A DNA stretch of 64,000 bases from an uncultured virus (IMG/VR IMGVR_UViG_3300042868_009486) (IMGVR_UViG_3300042868_009486:1-64000); one strand, 5' to 3'; counted from the first letter of the stretch, positions 1-10,256 are shown. Numbers and translations are program-made. Notes: generated by a model not told the origin, from the sequence alone.

Positions 1-1
1 A

Positions 2-343
2 ACTTGTGAAGGTGATGGTGAAGAAGACTGTCGTGAGTGTGGAGGACACGGTCAAACTGAGTGCGAATATTGTTATGGTACTGGTACTGAGGAAACCAGT
101 GAAGAGTATTTTGAAATTGGTTACATGTCTATCGTTGTAGTTGGTTCTGGAATATTAAAGTTTGAAAATACCAAAATGACTTTAAGAGAATATGAAGTAT
201 TAAATATGAACGATAAGATTTTTACATATGAATTAACAGTTGCAAATTATAGTGATATGGATGACATCGACGAGGAAGATAGATATAATATGGAAGATTT
301 TAACGAACCTTTTGTAAAATTTGGTGATGTTTTTAAAATATAA
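2..343 (+). CDS. 5'-truncated protein with DnaJ-type CxxCxGxG zinc-finger repeats
   Basis: Frame 2 is open from the window start: TCEGDGEEDCRECGGHGQTECEYCYGTG..., continuing into the tracked 125..343 ORF. Confidence 0.7.
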   Translation, partial: TCEGDGEEDCRECGGHGQTECEYCYGTGTEETSEEYFEIGYMSIVVVGSGILKFENTKMTLREYEVLNMNDKIFTYELTVANYSDMDDIDEEDRYNMEDFNEPFVKFGDVFKI

Positions 344-368
344 AGTATTTATATAAAAAAATAAAAAA

Positions 369-839
369 ATGAAAAGAACTATAAGATTAACAGAATCAGA
401 ACTTATCAATTTGGTAAAAAGAATCATCAAAGAAGATGAAGACCAATGGGTGGCAGACTCACGAGAAATGGAAGATGAAACTGACTTTTCAAAAATGGAA
501 ATACAAGATATGCCTGAGTTTCAAAAATTGGTTAGAATACTTAAAAGAAATCCTGAAGCCGCTATGGAACTCCAAAGTGAATTGGGTGATGGGTTGAATG
601 AGGAATATGAGTATATGGATTATCAAGACGCTCAACCAAAAGAAATAGAAAAAGGTGAATACTGGAAAAGAAAATTAGCAACGGTTGGTCTTTATAGTCT
701 TATCGGTTTGGTTTCAGGAATTGCAATGGCTGGCGGAACATCTGCTGAAGATGTTTTACAACTGGCATTAGGTACCGCAGTTGGCGGAGGCGCAATTGCG
801 AACTCAATGATATCTACAGTGCACAGAAGAAAAAAATAA
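369..839 (+). CDS. leader-bearing hypothetical protein with C-terminal hydrophobic hairpin
   Basis: MKRTIRLTESELINLVKRIIKE leader; TATTTAT at 346-352; two Gly/Ala-rich hydrophobic segments. Confidence 0.75.
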   Translation: MKRTIRLTESELINLVKRIIKEDEDQWVADSREMEDETDFSKMEIQDMPEFQKLVRILKRNPEAAMELQSELGDGLNEEYEYMDYQDAQPKEIEKGEYWKRKLATVGLYSLIGLVSGIAMAGGTSAEDVLQLALGTAVGGGAIANSMISTVHRRKK

Positions 840-873
840 TAATTTTTAGTTCCGCAGACTAATATATATGAAG

Positions 874-902
874 ACCCCTTACTTTTTGTAAGGGGTTTTT
901 TT
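874..902 (+). terminator. intrinsic terminator
   Basis: ACCCCTTAC-TTTTT-GTAAGGGGT stem-loop followed by a T run. Confidence 0.8.
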
Positions 903-922
903 GTAAATTACAATATTTATAG

Positions 923-930
923 TATATTTG
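923..930 (+). promoter_or_regulatory. Bacteroidota-type -7 promoter element (TAnnTTTG)
   Basis: TATATTTG 15 nt upstream of ATG 945; the same element recurs before about 12 genes. Confidence 0.65.
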
Positions 931-944
931 TAGAAATAAAAGAT

Positions 945-1136
945 ATGAAAACCAAACTTCCATTTACTGTTACATATACACAAGAAATGTCAGACAAGTT
1001 CAATAAAGAATTGAAGGAGTCAGGTAAATGTGCAGTAACAAATCCTAAGTTTTATGGTAAGTGGGATCTTGTTGAGTTTGGTACAACTGAATATGACACC
1101 ATGTTCAAAAAAAAAAGAACTAAAGTAAATGACTGA
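945..1136 (+). CDS. hypothetical protein
   Basis: ORF behind a TAnnTTTG element, overlapping the next gene. Confidence 0.6.
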   Translation: MKTKLPFTVTYTQEMSDKFNKELKESGKCAVTNPKFYGKWDLVEFGTTEYDTMFKKKRTKVND

Positions 1137-1746
1137 TATAATTAGAAGGATTCTTAATGAAATAAAATTTTCACAAGAAAGGGTTGAGGAACTTAAAAAA
1201 AAGTTTGGTTGGAGGTTTGTACAAAGTAAAAACCCTAAGTCAGGTAAAACATATAAAAAACTTCACATTTATACTTTCAAGAGTCCTAAATACAAATATA
1301 TAGTTCACATTGAAGAGTACGATTACGATTACTTTTTAATATCATTTTTCCCAAAACTAAATAAAGATTTTTATGTTAAACAATCTATTTTAGGGTCCAC
1401 AGGACAGGAACATTATGATGAATATACCTACCTGACAAAAGAAAATATACCACTTAAAATACTTACACTATTAATATCAGAAATGAAAGGTATATTAATT
1501 AAAAAACCTTACGCATCGTTCGGATATTTTGGTGCTCCTGATGTTAAAACAGGTGAAGACGAAGATTTATTTAACACAAAAAGAGTAAGAATTTATAATG
1601 AAATTATCTCAAACGAATTATCCAATACACATAAGATAATATCAGACCCAACTTTTAGTGGATCTTTAGTTTTAAATAAAGAAGTTTTACAAGAGTACCC
1701 ATTATTTGAAAAATATTGTATGGATATATTAGAATCTCATCTTTAA
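1129..1746 (+). CDS. leader-bearing hypothetical protein
   Basis: MTDIIRRILNE leader; 205-aa ORF. Confidence 0.7.
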   Translation: MTDIIRRILNEIKFSQERVEELKKKFGWRFVQSKNPKSGKTYKKLHIYTFKSPKYKYIVHIEEYDYDYFLISFFPKLNKDFYVKQSILGSTGQEHYDEYTYLTKENIPLKILTLLISEMKGILIKKPYASFGYFGAPDVKTGEDEDLFNTKRVRIYNEIISNELSNTHKIISDPTFSGSLVLNKEVLQEYPLFEKYCMDILESHL

Positions 1747-1793
1747 TACCACCAAAACTTTTCTATTGTTTTTATTTTATCTATATTTGTATT

Positions 1794-2408
1794 ATGAAAA
1801 TAATATTTTTAGATAACGACGGAGTAATTTGTTTATCCAACAACTGGGGTGAACGAGCAAAAAAATGGGCTAATTTTAAAAGAGATAACCCTGATGTTGA
1901 ATTCACTGATAGACCAGTTCTGTGTAGATTTGATGACTTCGATGATAAGGCTGTTAAGGTGTTAAATGAGATACTTGAAGAAACAGGTGCTGAGATCGTT
2001 GTAAGTTCTGATTGGAGACTATATGCGAACTTGGAAGAACTTGGTGAGTACTACGAGAGCCAAGGTATAATCAAAAAACCAATCGCGGTTACTGATATAT
2101 TCAAAGACATATTTCCAAAAGAATGGAATGCATTTAGATTTCGTGCTGAATTAGAATTGGAAAGAAGTATGGAGATAGGACATTGGTTAGAAAATCATCC
2201 TGAGGTTACTCATTGGGTTGCGGTTGATGATTTGGATATGAGTCCTGAGTTTTTATCCAAGTACTTCTCACATAGTGAAGATGAGGATAAAAATCCTGGA
2301 CTAACTAATTTCGTATTAACACCAAGATCAAGAGAAGGTATCAAACAATCGGGAGTTAAAGAAAAAATATTAAAGTTTTTAAAGGATGACACAAAAAGAA
2401 CTGTATAA
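1794..2408 (+). CDS. HAD-superfamily hydrolase (Swiss-Army-Knife RNA-repair-like HAD)
   Basis: MKIIFLDNDGV motif I, IVVSSDWR motif II, WVAVDD motif IV; start moved to 1794 behind TATATTTG at 1782. Confidence 0.8.
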   Translation: MKIIFLDNDGVICLSNNWGERAKKWANFKRDNPDVEFTDRPVLCRFDDFDDKAVKVLNEILEETGAEIVVSSDWRLYANLEELGEYYESQGIIKKPIAVTDIFKDIFPKEWNAFRFRAELELERSMEIGHWLENHPEVTHWVAVDDLDMSPEFLSKYFSHSEDEDKNPGLTNFVLTPRSREGIKQSGVKEKILKFLKDDTKRTV

Positions 2409-2697
2409 TGAGATTGAATACTTAATTATTGTGTGGAACAATGATGGTACTAAAACTGCAGGTTCATTAACAAGAGAAATTATGGGGATATTAGATAATA
2501 AAGACAATACCGAATGGTGTCATTATAGTGATTTACCATCACCTATGTCTTACGCAAAATGTGCCGATTACGACAGTATGGGTAATCACGGAAGATTCCC
2601 AAAAGTTGAAAAAAAACAACCTAAAACAAATAAATTTAAAAAATTATTTGAAAAACTAATTAAAAGTGAAAAATATAAACCAACTATTTCAAAGTAA
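2386..2697 (+). CDS. hypothetical protein
   Basis: ORF in an overlapping gene run. Confidence 0.6.
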   Translation: MTQKELYNEIEYLIIVWNNDGTKTAGSLTREIMGILDNKDNTEWCHYSDLPSPMSYAKCADYDSMGNHGRFPKVEKKQPKTNKFKKLFEKLIKSEKYKPTISK

Positions 2698-2980
2698 TAA
2701 AAAATTATTATATGAGGTTGAAGTTCAGGAGTTGGTTGAATATTGTCGTGAATTAGAAGGTAAGGTTTTTGAAAGACAAACACAAGACACTTATAATAAA
2801 GAACATATTTTAAGAACCATAGTTTCAGATATACTTTCAAGTTGTAATGAATATGAAGAAAATAAAATACTCAAAGATAGGTACCCCGATTTGTATCAAA
2901 ATGTTGACGCGGATTCTTTAGTTAAAAATTTAATGAACTATATTATTACTATGAATGCAAAAAACGATTTAAGATTGTGA
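2666..2980 (+). CDS. hypothetical protein
   Basis: ORF in an overlapping gene run. Confidence 0.6.
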   Translation: MKNINQLFQSNKKLLYEVEVQELVEYCRELEGKVFERQTQDTYNKEHILRTIVSDILSSCNEYEENKILKDRYPDLYQNVDADSLVKNLMNYIITMNAKNDLRL

Positions 2981-3279
2981 TGAAAATAATATTAAGTGAA
3001 AATTGTTTTGGTCCTGATGTTGAAATTGACGATGAGTCATTATTTATACATGAGTATGATAACAGAAATCCTGAGATAATTAGTGATTTACAGGATCAAT
3101 TAATTGATAAATTAAAATCATTAAAAAACAATTTGAGCATGAGTGATTGGACTGAAATTGCAATGATGGTTATTAACAGTTGTGATGAGTTTGAATACGA
3201 TGTTGAAAACTCACAAGAATTTAAAAATTGCGAACAATGTGGAAATTTTAATCATAAACACATTTACATAAAAAAATAA
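2977..3279 (+). CDS. hypothetical protein with C-terminal CxxC
   Basis: CEQCG; coupled to its neighbours. Confidence 0.6.
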   Translation: MMKIILSENCFGPDVEIDDESLFIHEYDNRNPEIISDLQDQLIDKLKSLKNNLSMSDWTEIAMMVINSCDEFEYDVENSQEFKNCEQCGNFNHKHIYIKK

Positions 3280-3590
3280 TGAAAGAAACATTTAAACTAT
3301 TCCAAGTCAAAGGAGAACTATATCTTACAAAAATTGAAGAACTGAAGATAGGTGATAAGGTTATTGTCACAGTTGCTGATCAATTCCCTACCGTCGTTGA
3401 GTGTCAAAATGATGAACAAATTAGTTTGATACAGACCCCAAAACTATCCATGACTAAAGCAAATAAAGTTGTGATGGGTCCTGAAGAAATTACTATAGAA
3501 GAAAGTATGGCACAAAAGTTGGGGGATGATGATGGTTTCGTTCTTGTTCAGGTGGAGGACGGTAAAGTAATAATTATAGAAAACGAATGA
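3279..3590 (+). CDS. hypothetical protein
   Basis: TAATG coupling to the upstream gene. Confidence 0.65.
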   Translation: MKETFKLFQVKGELYLTKIEELKIGDKVIVTVADQFPTVVECQNDEQISLIQTPKLSMTKANKVVMGPEEITIEESMAQKLGDDDGFVLVQVEDGKVIIIENE

Positions 3591-3697
3591 TCACAGTCGA
3601 AGAAATTGTACATATAACAGGTCTAATGATTACCATACTAATTTTGGGTGGTTATTTAATTTACAGATATTTTAAGAAAAGAAAAAAGGGGAAATAA
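3587..3697 (+). CDS. small single-TM membrane protein (not in ORF track)
   Basis: MITVEEIVHITGLMITILILGGYLIYRYFKKRKKGK; ATGA overlap; hydrophobic stretch then basic tail. Confidence 0.55.
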   Translation: MITVEEIVHITGLMITILILGGYLIYRYFKKRKKGK

Positions 3698-3710
3698 TTC
3701 CCCTTTTTTT
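3684..3710. terminator. bidirectional intrinsic terminator
   Basis: AAAAAAGGGGAA-ATAA-TTCCCCTTTTTT between convergent genes. Confidence 0.75.
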
Positions 3711-4308
3711 ATTTAATGTCTGAACTTTCAATCAGAGTATAAGTAAAAGAGTTCCCGTGTTTGTCACGAGACATTCTACAAATTTTCATAAAAGAATCAA
3801 AGTCGGCTGATTTTTTAAATACCTGACATCCTTCAGACCAATTCTCAACATAAGTTGAATCTGCACCTGCTTTGTGAATGTTGATACCAAATACACCTTC
3901 AGCGATTTTTGTTTCGTCATAAGTTAAATCACGATTTGGGTCACGATAAACCTTAACATTTTTTGCTTGTTTAAGTGCTTCGTACTTACCTTGGTGAAGA
4001 CCGATACCGTGTGAACCTCTGTACTGACCCTCAACAAGACGAGCAACACCTGCGGCATTGTGATATTCCATAACTCCTTTTTTACCAGGATCAGTTGTTG
4101 CCGGCCATTCGTGGTATTTCCAAGTACCTGTTTCGTCTTTGTATGAAATAGTTAATAAATCATCAAACGCATTAGTAACTTTCTGACCTGTTGCAGAGTT
4201 TCTAATGCCAATGATGTTTACATCATACCCTTTATTGTTTGTGTCTTCAAAGTAGACATAACCTTTGGCTTTAACGGCAGCCTCGACCTGTTCTCTTGTG
4301 TAACCCAT
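3709..4308 (-). CDS. YkuD/L,D-transpeptidase-like cell-wall enzyme
   Basis: GINIH...WSEGCQV resembles the YkuD H-x(n)-S-x-G-C catalytic motif; TATTTAT on the - strand at 4337-4343. Confidence 0.6.
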   Translation of the reverse strand: MGYTREQVEAAVKAKGYVYFEDTNNKGYDVNIIGIRNSATGQKVTNAFDDLLTISYKDETGTWKYHEWPATTDPGKKGVMEYHNAAGVARLVEGQYRGSHGIGLHQGKYEALKQAKNVKVYRDPNRDLTYDETKIAEGVFGINIHKAGADSTYVENWSEGCQVFKKSADFDSFMKICRMSRDKHGNSFTYTLIESSDIK

Positions 4309-4363
4309 TTGATAATGTTTTTTAGTTTATTTATTAATAAATATTGACTAAATTTTATATGTC

Positions 4364-4726
4364 ATGGGAATAGATGTCGTTGTAAGAGATTTCATAAAAA
4401 ACTATTATATGGTAACTTACTTACCAAAAAAGAAAATTATTCTTTTTGAAGATGGTAATGAAGGAACGCTTTGTGAAAAAAACCCTAATGTTATAGCTTT
4501 GGGTAAATTTAAAGGTTGCTCGGTAGATTTAATATGGGGTAACATTAGAGAAATTACTGGTATTGAATATCACCACAAAGATTATGTATCGGACTTAACA
4601 GCACTATTTTCAGAAATATATCACAATAAATTAACAAGAGATTTACTTCAAACATTAATTGAAGGTAATGTATCAGTATCTTTTACCCTACAAGAAATGA
4701 TTGATTATTTTCCAACATTAGAATAA
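4364..4726 (+). CDS. hypothetical protein
   Basis: ORF. Confidence 0.6.
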   Translation: MGIDVVVRDFIKNYYMVTYLPKKKIILFEDGNEGTLCEKNPNVIALGKFKGCSVDLIWGNIREITGIEYHHKDYVSDLTALFSEIYHNKLTRDLLQTLIEGNVSVSFTLQEMIDYFPTLE

Positions 4727-4727
4727 T

Positions 4728-5081
4728 ATGGCACACCCAATTTTACATGCAAAAAGTTCCGCAAAGAAGTTTGGCGGAAAGTGGGAAGATTATATACATC
4801 TTCATAATTGGTTAGATGAAACCAAAGGATGGTATGGTCATTCATTCCACAGGATGTTTAGACACCATTCAGAAGGGATATTTGAGATGGAGCAAAGGTT
4901 TGGACCTGAGTTTAAAAATAGTGACGGTAAAACCGTTTATACTCGTTATGTCGGGGAACAACATGTCAGAGAAGATTGTGATGGATACATACCAACTGCA
5001 AAAGAATGGTTTACAATTGTAGAAAATAAACAAAGACCCACATGGGCAACACGAACTCAGAAGTTAGAGTTTGAAGATTGA
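4728..5081 (+). CDS. DUF6915-like His-rich protein
   Basis: MAHPILHAKSSAKKFGG..EDY..LH.W.D, HRMFRHH, EQHVREDC pattern. Confidence 0.65.
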   Translation: MAHPILHAKSSAKKFGGKWEDYIHLHNWLDETKGWYGHSFHRMFRHHSEGIFEMEQRFGPEFKNSDGKTVYTRYVGEQHVREDCDGYIPTAKEWFTIVENKQRPTWATRTQKLEFED

Positions 5082-5094
5082 AGTATTTATTATT

Positions 5095-5787
5095 ATGGAA
5101 CTGACTGAATCAGAAAAAAAAGGACTTAGAAGATTTTCTTTATTATTAGAATCATTATCCGACGACCCATGGGAACTTAATCTGTGGTTTGATGACGCGT
5201 CACTATCCGATTCATTACATCATAATAAATATTTTTCATCAAATAGTGCCAGTGGTAATATTGAAATAGACTTCTTCATGGAAGCACTACTCGATAACTT
5301 TTTACGGGAAATCGAAAACAATAATATGATATATGATTATTGTTCTGAAGAATATTGTAGAGGATATGTTATTTTTGAAATAAACCCAAAACAAAAAACA
5401 TTCTCAATAAATTTTGATTTTGAAGTTGACATATCAGAAAATCATACCTCAACCTATGGATTTAAAGAATTTGGTGAGTTAAATGAACAAGAACTCGAGA
5501 CTATCCAAAATTATAAAGAACAGGGTATTGATCACAGTATAAACTTTGACGGTGGTGGTGATAGTGGATATATTGAAGAAGAAGATGCGAATACGGCTGA
5601 ACCAATACCTTCATTTATCACTGAAATGTTATATTCAGTTTTAAATGAAGATTATAGGGGGTGGGAAATCGATTCTGGATCTACTGGTTTTTTTGAAATA
5701 GATTATGAAAATGAAACCATACATTGTTCTGTAACTGAATATGACACAACAAGAACAAATGAAGAAATAAAAGTAATGAATTTTTAA
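5095..5787 (+). CDS. acidic protein with DUF6878-like C-terminal domain
   Basis: FDGGGDSG.IE and GWEIDSGSTG motifs; start at 5095 behind TATTTAT at 5084. Confidence 0.55.
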   Translation: MELTESEKKGLRRFSLLLESLSDDPWELNLWFDDASLSDSLHHNKYFSSNSASGNIEIDFFMEALLDNFLREIENNNMIYDYCSEEYCRGYVIFEINPKQKTFSINFDFEVDISENHTSTYGFKEFGELNEQELETIQNYKEQGIDHSINFDGGGDSGYIEEEDANTAEPIPSFITEMLYSVLNEDYRGWEIDSGSTGFFEIDYENETIHCSVTEYDTTRTNEEIKVMNF

Positions 5788-5788
5788 A

Positions 5789-6532
5789 ATGACCGAAATT
5801 AAAATATCTCCTGAAATGAAGAAAGAACTTGTAAAGTTCAACCTCTATCTTCGTGCAATTATGGACGAAAATAAAATACATTGGGAGTATTATTACGATG
5901 GTAATGATGGTGGGTTTTATGATTCCTACGGACCATATGTGGGTTACCAATACGATGGTCAAATAGATTTAAAAAATCACATTATTGAATTTTTTACAGA
6001 TAAAGTAGATTTAATTACAAGTCATTATGAAGACCATATGTATGATTTAACAAGTTGTGATTTATGTAATGAACGAGGTAGTATGCATGTGCATTATAAT
6101 CCTACAAATTCTTCACTTGACTATAACTTTTATTATACAGAAAAAGAATCACATGATCACCAACAAATAAAATCATTTGAAGAATTATCTAGAATGGATA
6201 GTTGGTATAACACTGGTGACCCTCTATATAAAAAATTAAACGATGATAATTTTGTTAAACAATTAGTAGAACAAAACGGAGGGACAACTAAATTTGAAAT
6301 GATATATAATGGTTATGGTGATAGCGGTCAAATAGATGATACGCATTATTCTAATAGTGTTGAAACATTAGGTTATGAGGTAATTGATTTATTTTATTCA
6401 GGTTGGGAAAATAACGAAGGGTCTGATGGAACAATATTAATTGATTGTGATGATAAGAAAGTTATATTAAACCATACTTATTATTTTGAAGAAGATATTT
6501 TTGAAGAAGGTGGTGAAATAAGATTAGTGTAA
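5789..6532 (+). CDS. paralogous DUF6878-like acidic protein
   Basis: YNGYGDSGQID and GWENNEGSDG motifs, as in the upstream gene. Confidence 0.55.
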   Translation: MTEIKISPEMKKELVKFNLYLRAIMDENKIHWEYYYDGNDGGFYDSYGPYVGYQYDGQIDLKNHIIEFFTDKVDLITSHYEDHMYDLTSCDLCNERGSMHVHYNPTNSSLDYNFYYTEKESHDHQQIKSFEELSRMDSWYNTGDPLYKKLNDDNFVKQLVEQNGGTTKFEMIYNGYGDSGQIDDTHYSNSVETLGYEVIDLFYSGWENNEGSDGTILIDCDDKKVILNHTYYFEEDIFEEGGEIRLV

Positions 6533-7458
6533 TGAAAAAGTTGAACGAAGATATATTAAGAATTAAGGAGTTGATGTCATTGGTTGAAAGTGATCAATTG
6601 TCATTAAATTTTGACGAGACACCTGCTGATCAGGAAGAAGAGACACCAAAACCTGATGAAAAAGACAACTCACCCCAAATATCAACAGACTCAGACGAGT
6701 TCATTAAAAAGTTTAAAGAAAAAGTTTATTTTATATTAAAAGACTTATATAAATCTAATTGGGATTCAGACAAAAGTAGAGGACCTCGCGGAGGTGGTGG
6801 GGTAGTTGGTATTCATACTGTTTATGATTTATTAAAAGAAAAAGGTTTAAATGATTATGACCCTGAAGGTGGTGATTGGTCAATATTAAATTACTTTGAC
6901 ACAAATCCACAGGTTAGAAAAACATTAATCAATCAATATAAAACGGAAACAGGAAACATAATTAATAGTGTAAAAACTATGGATGATTTTATAAAGTGGA
7001 TGTCAGTAAGTAGAAATAAAATATTTAAAGACGGACCTATTTTAAGCAAACTTATCAAACAAAATACTGAATCACTATATCAAGGGGAACTAAATGAAAG
7101 AAAGGCTTATGAATACCTTTTGAAAATACTTGAAAACTTACCAGGTTGGAAGTTAAAAGGTAGATCGGTTCCTGGATCAAAATCTGATAGGGAAGGAATT
7201 GATTTTGTTATGGAAAAAGAAGGGACAAATGAGAAAGCTAAATTTCAAGTTAAACCTTTATCTTCATTAGAAAGAGTTGGTAAATTTTATAAAATAACCA
7301 GTTATAATATAAAAAACTTAGATAAAAAACCTGTTAACTATTTTGTTTTCGTTTCTAGTGGTAAGGACGATATTTATATATTTAGAAATAAGATTGGTAA
7401 ATATACAATCTTAGATAACAACACAATTCAATTTGAAGAGGGACCAATTCAGTTTTAA
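6532..7458 (+). CDS. leader-bearing protein with PD-(D/E)XK-like nuclease domain
   Basis: MKKLNEDILRIKELMSLVE leader; E...D.EGIDFVM...FQVK pattern. Confidence 0.5.
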   Translation: MKKLNEDILRIKELMSLVESDQLSLNFDETPADQEEETPKPDEKDNSPQISTDSDEFIKKFKEKVYFILKDLYKSNWDSDKSRGPRGGGGVVGIHTVYDLLKEKGLNDYDPEGGDWSILNYFDTNPQVRKTLINQYKTETGNIINSVKTMDDFIKWMSVSRNKIFKDGPILSKLIKQNTESLYQGELNERKAYEYLLKILENLPGWKLKGRSVPGSKSDREGIDFVMEKEGTNEKAKFQVKPLSSLERVGKFYKITSYNIKNLDKKPVNYFVFVSSGKDDIYIFRNKIGKYTILDNNTIQFEEGPIQF

Positions 7459-7460
7459 TT

Positions 7461-8585
7461 ATGAGCTTACAAGTTGCAAATGATTTAGTAATTAAATTTA
7501 ATAATGGGGATTATTTAGACGATATTGAACCATATTTTAATGATTTAATAACTTTTTTTAGGTATCTTAAAAAATATGACCTATTAGATGAAATTGAATT
7601 GGGTAATATACCATCTCGTGATTTTGATGAAGAATTGTGGGAGTTTGTTGTTGAAAATGACCTTATATCAAATTCAGATTACAATTACTTACCTGAAGAA
7701 TTAAAAAATTATTTTCTATTATATGAATTAGAGAATAACTATGAATGGGTTATGGAGTATATTACAAATAATCTCATTACTGATGTAGATAAAAGACAGG
7801 ATGGTTTTTATTTATATTTAAAAGATAAAGAGGATTTATCTAATCTTTTTTGTGGGTCAAATCGTGATGGTGGGGCCAGATATGTTGCAAAAATGGTTTT
7901 AAGTGAAGATGGTTTGGGACATGAATGGTATTTTGATTATAATAGAAAACCATTTGACACCATAGATGAATTAGATGAAACGAATTTTACCGCATTAAAA
8001 GACATTATATTCAAAGAAATAGGAAATAAGGAATTATCCTTAGAAGATTACAACTCCGATTTTTTTGAGAGTCTATCTGAAGAACAAGGAACTGAAGGTT
8101 ATTTTAGAATAACTGCAGAAGACATTACTGAATTACTTAAAGACCAAGATGCTATTAATGAATTATGTAAAAATGATTTAGACGAGTTAGGTTCTAATCT
8201 AATAAGTGTATATCATTGGGCTGAAAATGGTGCTTACGAAGATGAGGTATATGATTATGTTTTTGGGGGTTTAGAGGAGTATTTTGAAGGTAGAATTACC
8301 GATGTTCCGAGAGAGGTAACTAAAACTGATGGTTCTAAAGTAACTAGATATGACCAATACATTAAAATTAGAGATTTTCAATCAATAATTAAAACATTTT
8401 TAGAAAACACCAAAGGTCAGGTATATAATGATTCCCATTTAGAGTATTACGGTGATTTTATCGAACTACTTGTTGGAATGATTAATAACGATGAAGTTGA
8501 ATGTATTAATTTTAGAGTACCTGAATATCCTGATTGGTCAAGAACAACAAAAAATATAAACGAAATGTTTAATGATTATATTTAA
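7461..8585 (+). CDS. acidic hypothetical protein
   Basis: 374-aa ORF. Confidence 0.75.
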   Translation: MSLQVANDLVIKFNNGDYLDDIEPYFNDLITFFRYLKKYDLLDEIELGNIPSRDFDEELWEFVVENDLISNSDYNYLPEELKNYFLLYELENNYEWVMEYITNNLITDVDKRQDGFYLYLKDKEDLSNLFCGSNRDGGARYVAKMVLSEDGLGHEWYFDYNRKPFDTIDELDETNFTALKDIIFKEIGNKELSLEDYNSDFFESLSEEQGTEGYFRITAEDITELLKDQDAINELCKNDLDELGSNLISVYHWAENGAYEDEVYDYVFGGLEEYFEGRITDVPREVTKTDGSKVTRYDQYIKIRDFQSIIKTFLENTKGQVYNDSHLEYYGDFIELLVGMINNDEVECINFRVPEYPDWSRTTKNINEMFNDYI

Positions 8586-8591
8586 TATTAT

Positions 8592-9620
8592 ATGAGTAAT
8601 TACCATTTTGATAACGCCGAAAAAAAATTAATGATTGCTGAATCAATCTTAAATGAGATGTCCGATAAAGAATTGGAAAGATTAATGGCTCGTGAGTTAC
8701 AAAAAATTAGATTAATACCATTGGATATGTTTGCAGCAAAAGAGGCTATATCTAATATTATTACTGCTGAAGTATCAAGAGGTACCATTAACTTCAATCG
8801 ACAGATTACAGGTTTAATGTCTTTAGACCTATCAACCGTAACACTTAGAAATAAATTTAGATTTGATAACTACTACAGAAGATTTGTAAACTCTAGAAGT
8901 CGTGGATTTGATTTTGAAGGACTCATTGCGGGTCTTTTAGATGCTGAAATATCAGAGAGTAAGATATCACCTTATGATATCATCACGACGGACGGTGGTT
9001 TACAATCACTTAAAACATTAAATTCATTAAGTGAATCACCAGTATTGAAATCAATTAAAACAAACTTTAAATACTATTTAGAAAATTTCCAAGGAGATGA
9101 TGAGTATAGAAGAGAATTGGAGTCAATAATAAAACAAGATAATCCGTTAAGGTTTTTAGTTGATAGCTCAGACCCAATATTTTTAGATATTGCAAAAGAC
9201 ATATTGATAAATGCATTATCTGAAATCGACGGAATGTTGGTTGGTATACCAATGAAAGATCAAAGAATTAAAATGTTCTATTTTAGTAAGGAAAAATTAA
9301 TTGAACTTGGTTTGCAAGCAGGAATGATTATGGCTCCTAAATCAAAAGGGGCAATGCAAATAAGATTTTCGTCAAAAATTTTTAAAGACCCGACAATTAG
9401 TGGTGAGTTACTTTTTCCCGACCTGACAAAAAAGGATTATGAAAATTTTCTAATAGGTGACGACAACACTACTCGAACAATCCAAACTTTAGATGCCTTC
9501 GGTAGAAAGTACGGGATTAATGGTTTAGGTAGACAATTACCCCAAGATGTTGTAATGGATTTAGCAAAGAGTGAATCATTTATTACTGATATGAGTTTTA
9601 TTATAGGTGACAAAAAATGA
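8592..9620 (+). CDS. putative restriction-endonuclease-fold protein
   Basis: RGFDFEGLIAGLL...PYDII...SLKT pattern; ILNE in the N-terminal region. Confidence 0.45.
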   Translation: MSNYHFDNAEKKLMIAESILNEMSDKELERLMARELQKIRLIPLDMFAAKEAISNIITAEVSRGTINFNRQITGLMSLDLSTVTLRNKFRFDNYYRRFVNSRSRGFDFEGLIAGLLDAEISESKISPYDIITTDGGLQSLKTLNSLSESPVLKSIKTNFKYYLENFQGDDEYRRELESIIKQDNPLRFLVDSSDPIFLDIAKDILINALSEIDGMLVGIPMKDQRIKMFYFSKEKLIELGLQAGMIMAPKSKGAMQIRFSSKIFKDPTISGELLFPDLTKKDYENFLIGDDNTTRTIQTLDAFGRKYGINGLGRQLPQDVVMDLAKSESFITDMSFIIGDKK

Positions 9621-9865
9621 AAATAATAATAACAGAAGATCAATTAGAGGAGGTGATAAGGAGGACTATTCAAAAAGGAAACTCTAAAAAACTTGTAGGT
9701 AAATCTAAAATGAAAACACCAATAGGGAAAATCGGAATACACCTTCCAATTATGGGGGAGGATGATCTTGAAGAAAAATGGTCCGAAAAATATAAAAAAA
9801 GTATCAATTGTAATAACCCAAAAGGTTTTTCACAGAAAGCTCATTGCCAAGGAAGAAAAAAATGA
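9617..9865 (+). CDS. leader-bearing small protein with basic Cys C-terminal module
   Basis: MKIIITEDQL leader; LEE|KWSEKYKKSINCNNPKGFSQKAHC tail. Confidence 0.7.
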   Translation: MKIIITEDQLEEVIRRTIQKGNSKKLVGKSKMKTPIGKIGIHLPIMGEDDLEEKWSEKYKKSINCNNPKGFSQKAHCQGRKK

Positions 9866-9939
9866 TTTGAAATTTGATATTTCAAAAAAAGTTATTTAGA
9901 TTTGTACTATTATTAATCATTTAAAAATAAACAAAAAAT

Positions 9940-10188
9940 ATGGCAACAAAATCAGGACAAAAAGGTCGTTACATCTGTAAGGTAGGTTTTTATGACATCT
10001 ACGCTAAAGACACAATGAGAGCAAAAACAAATCGTAGACCAGGGTCTTCTGAAGTTGAAGTAAAATCAACAGAGTATGTTGTACTACATGCAAAAAAAGT
10101 AATCGAGAAAGGATTAAAGACAAAAGACTTGGCCGTAACTAAAGCAACCGAGTTACTTGGGTCAAAAAAAGAGATCTACGGTATTTAG
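9940..10188 (+). CDS. small basic hypothetical protein
   Basis: TAGATTTG at 9897; terminator downstream. Confidence 0.7.
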   Translation: MATKSGQKGRYICKVGFYDIYAKDTMRAKTNRRPGSSEVEVKSTEYVVLHAKKVIEKGLKTKDLAVTKATELLGSKKEIYGI

Positions 10189-10210
10189 TATTTAATTATA
10201 TATAGATTGA

Positions 10211-10234
10211 AGTCAGGGAGACCTGACTTTTTTT
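10211..10234 (+). terminator. intrinsic terminator
   Basis: AGTCAGG-GAGA-CCTGACT plus T run. Confidence 0.8.
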
Positions 10235-10256
10235 ATGCTTGAAATATTTATCTTAT

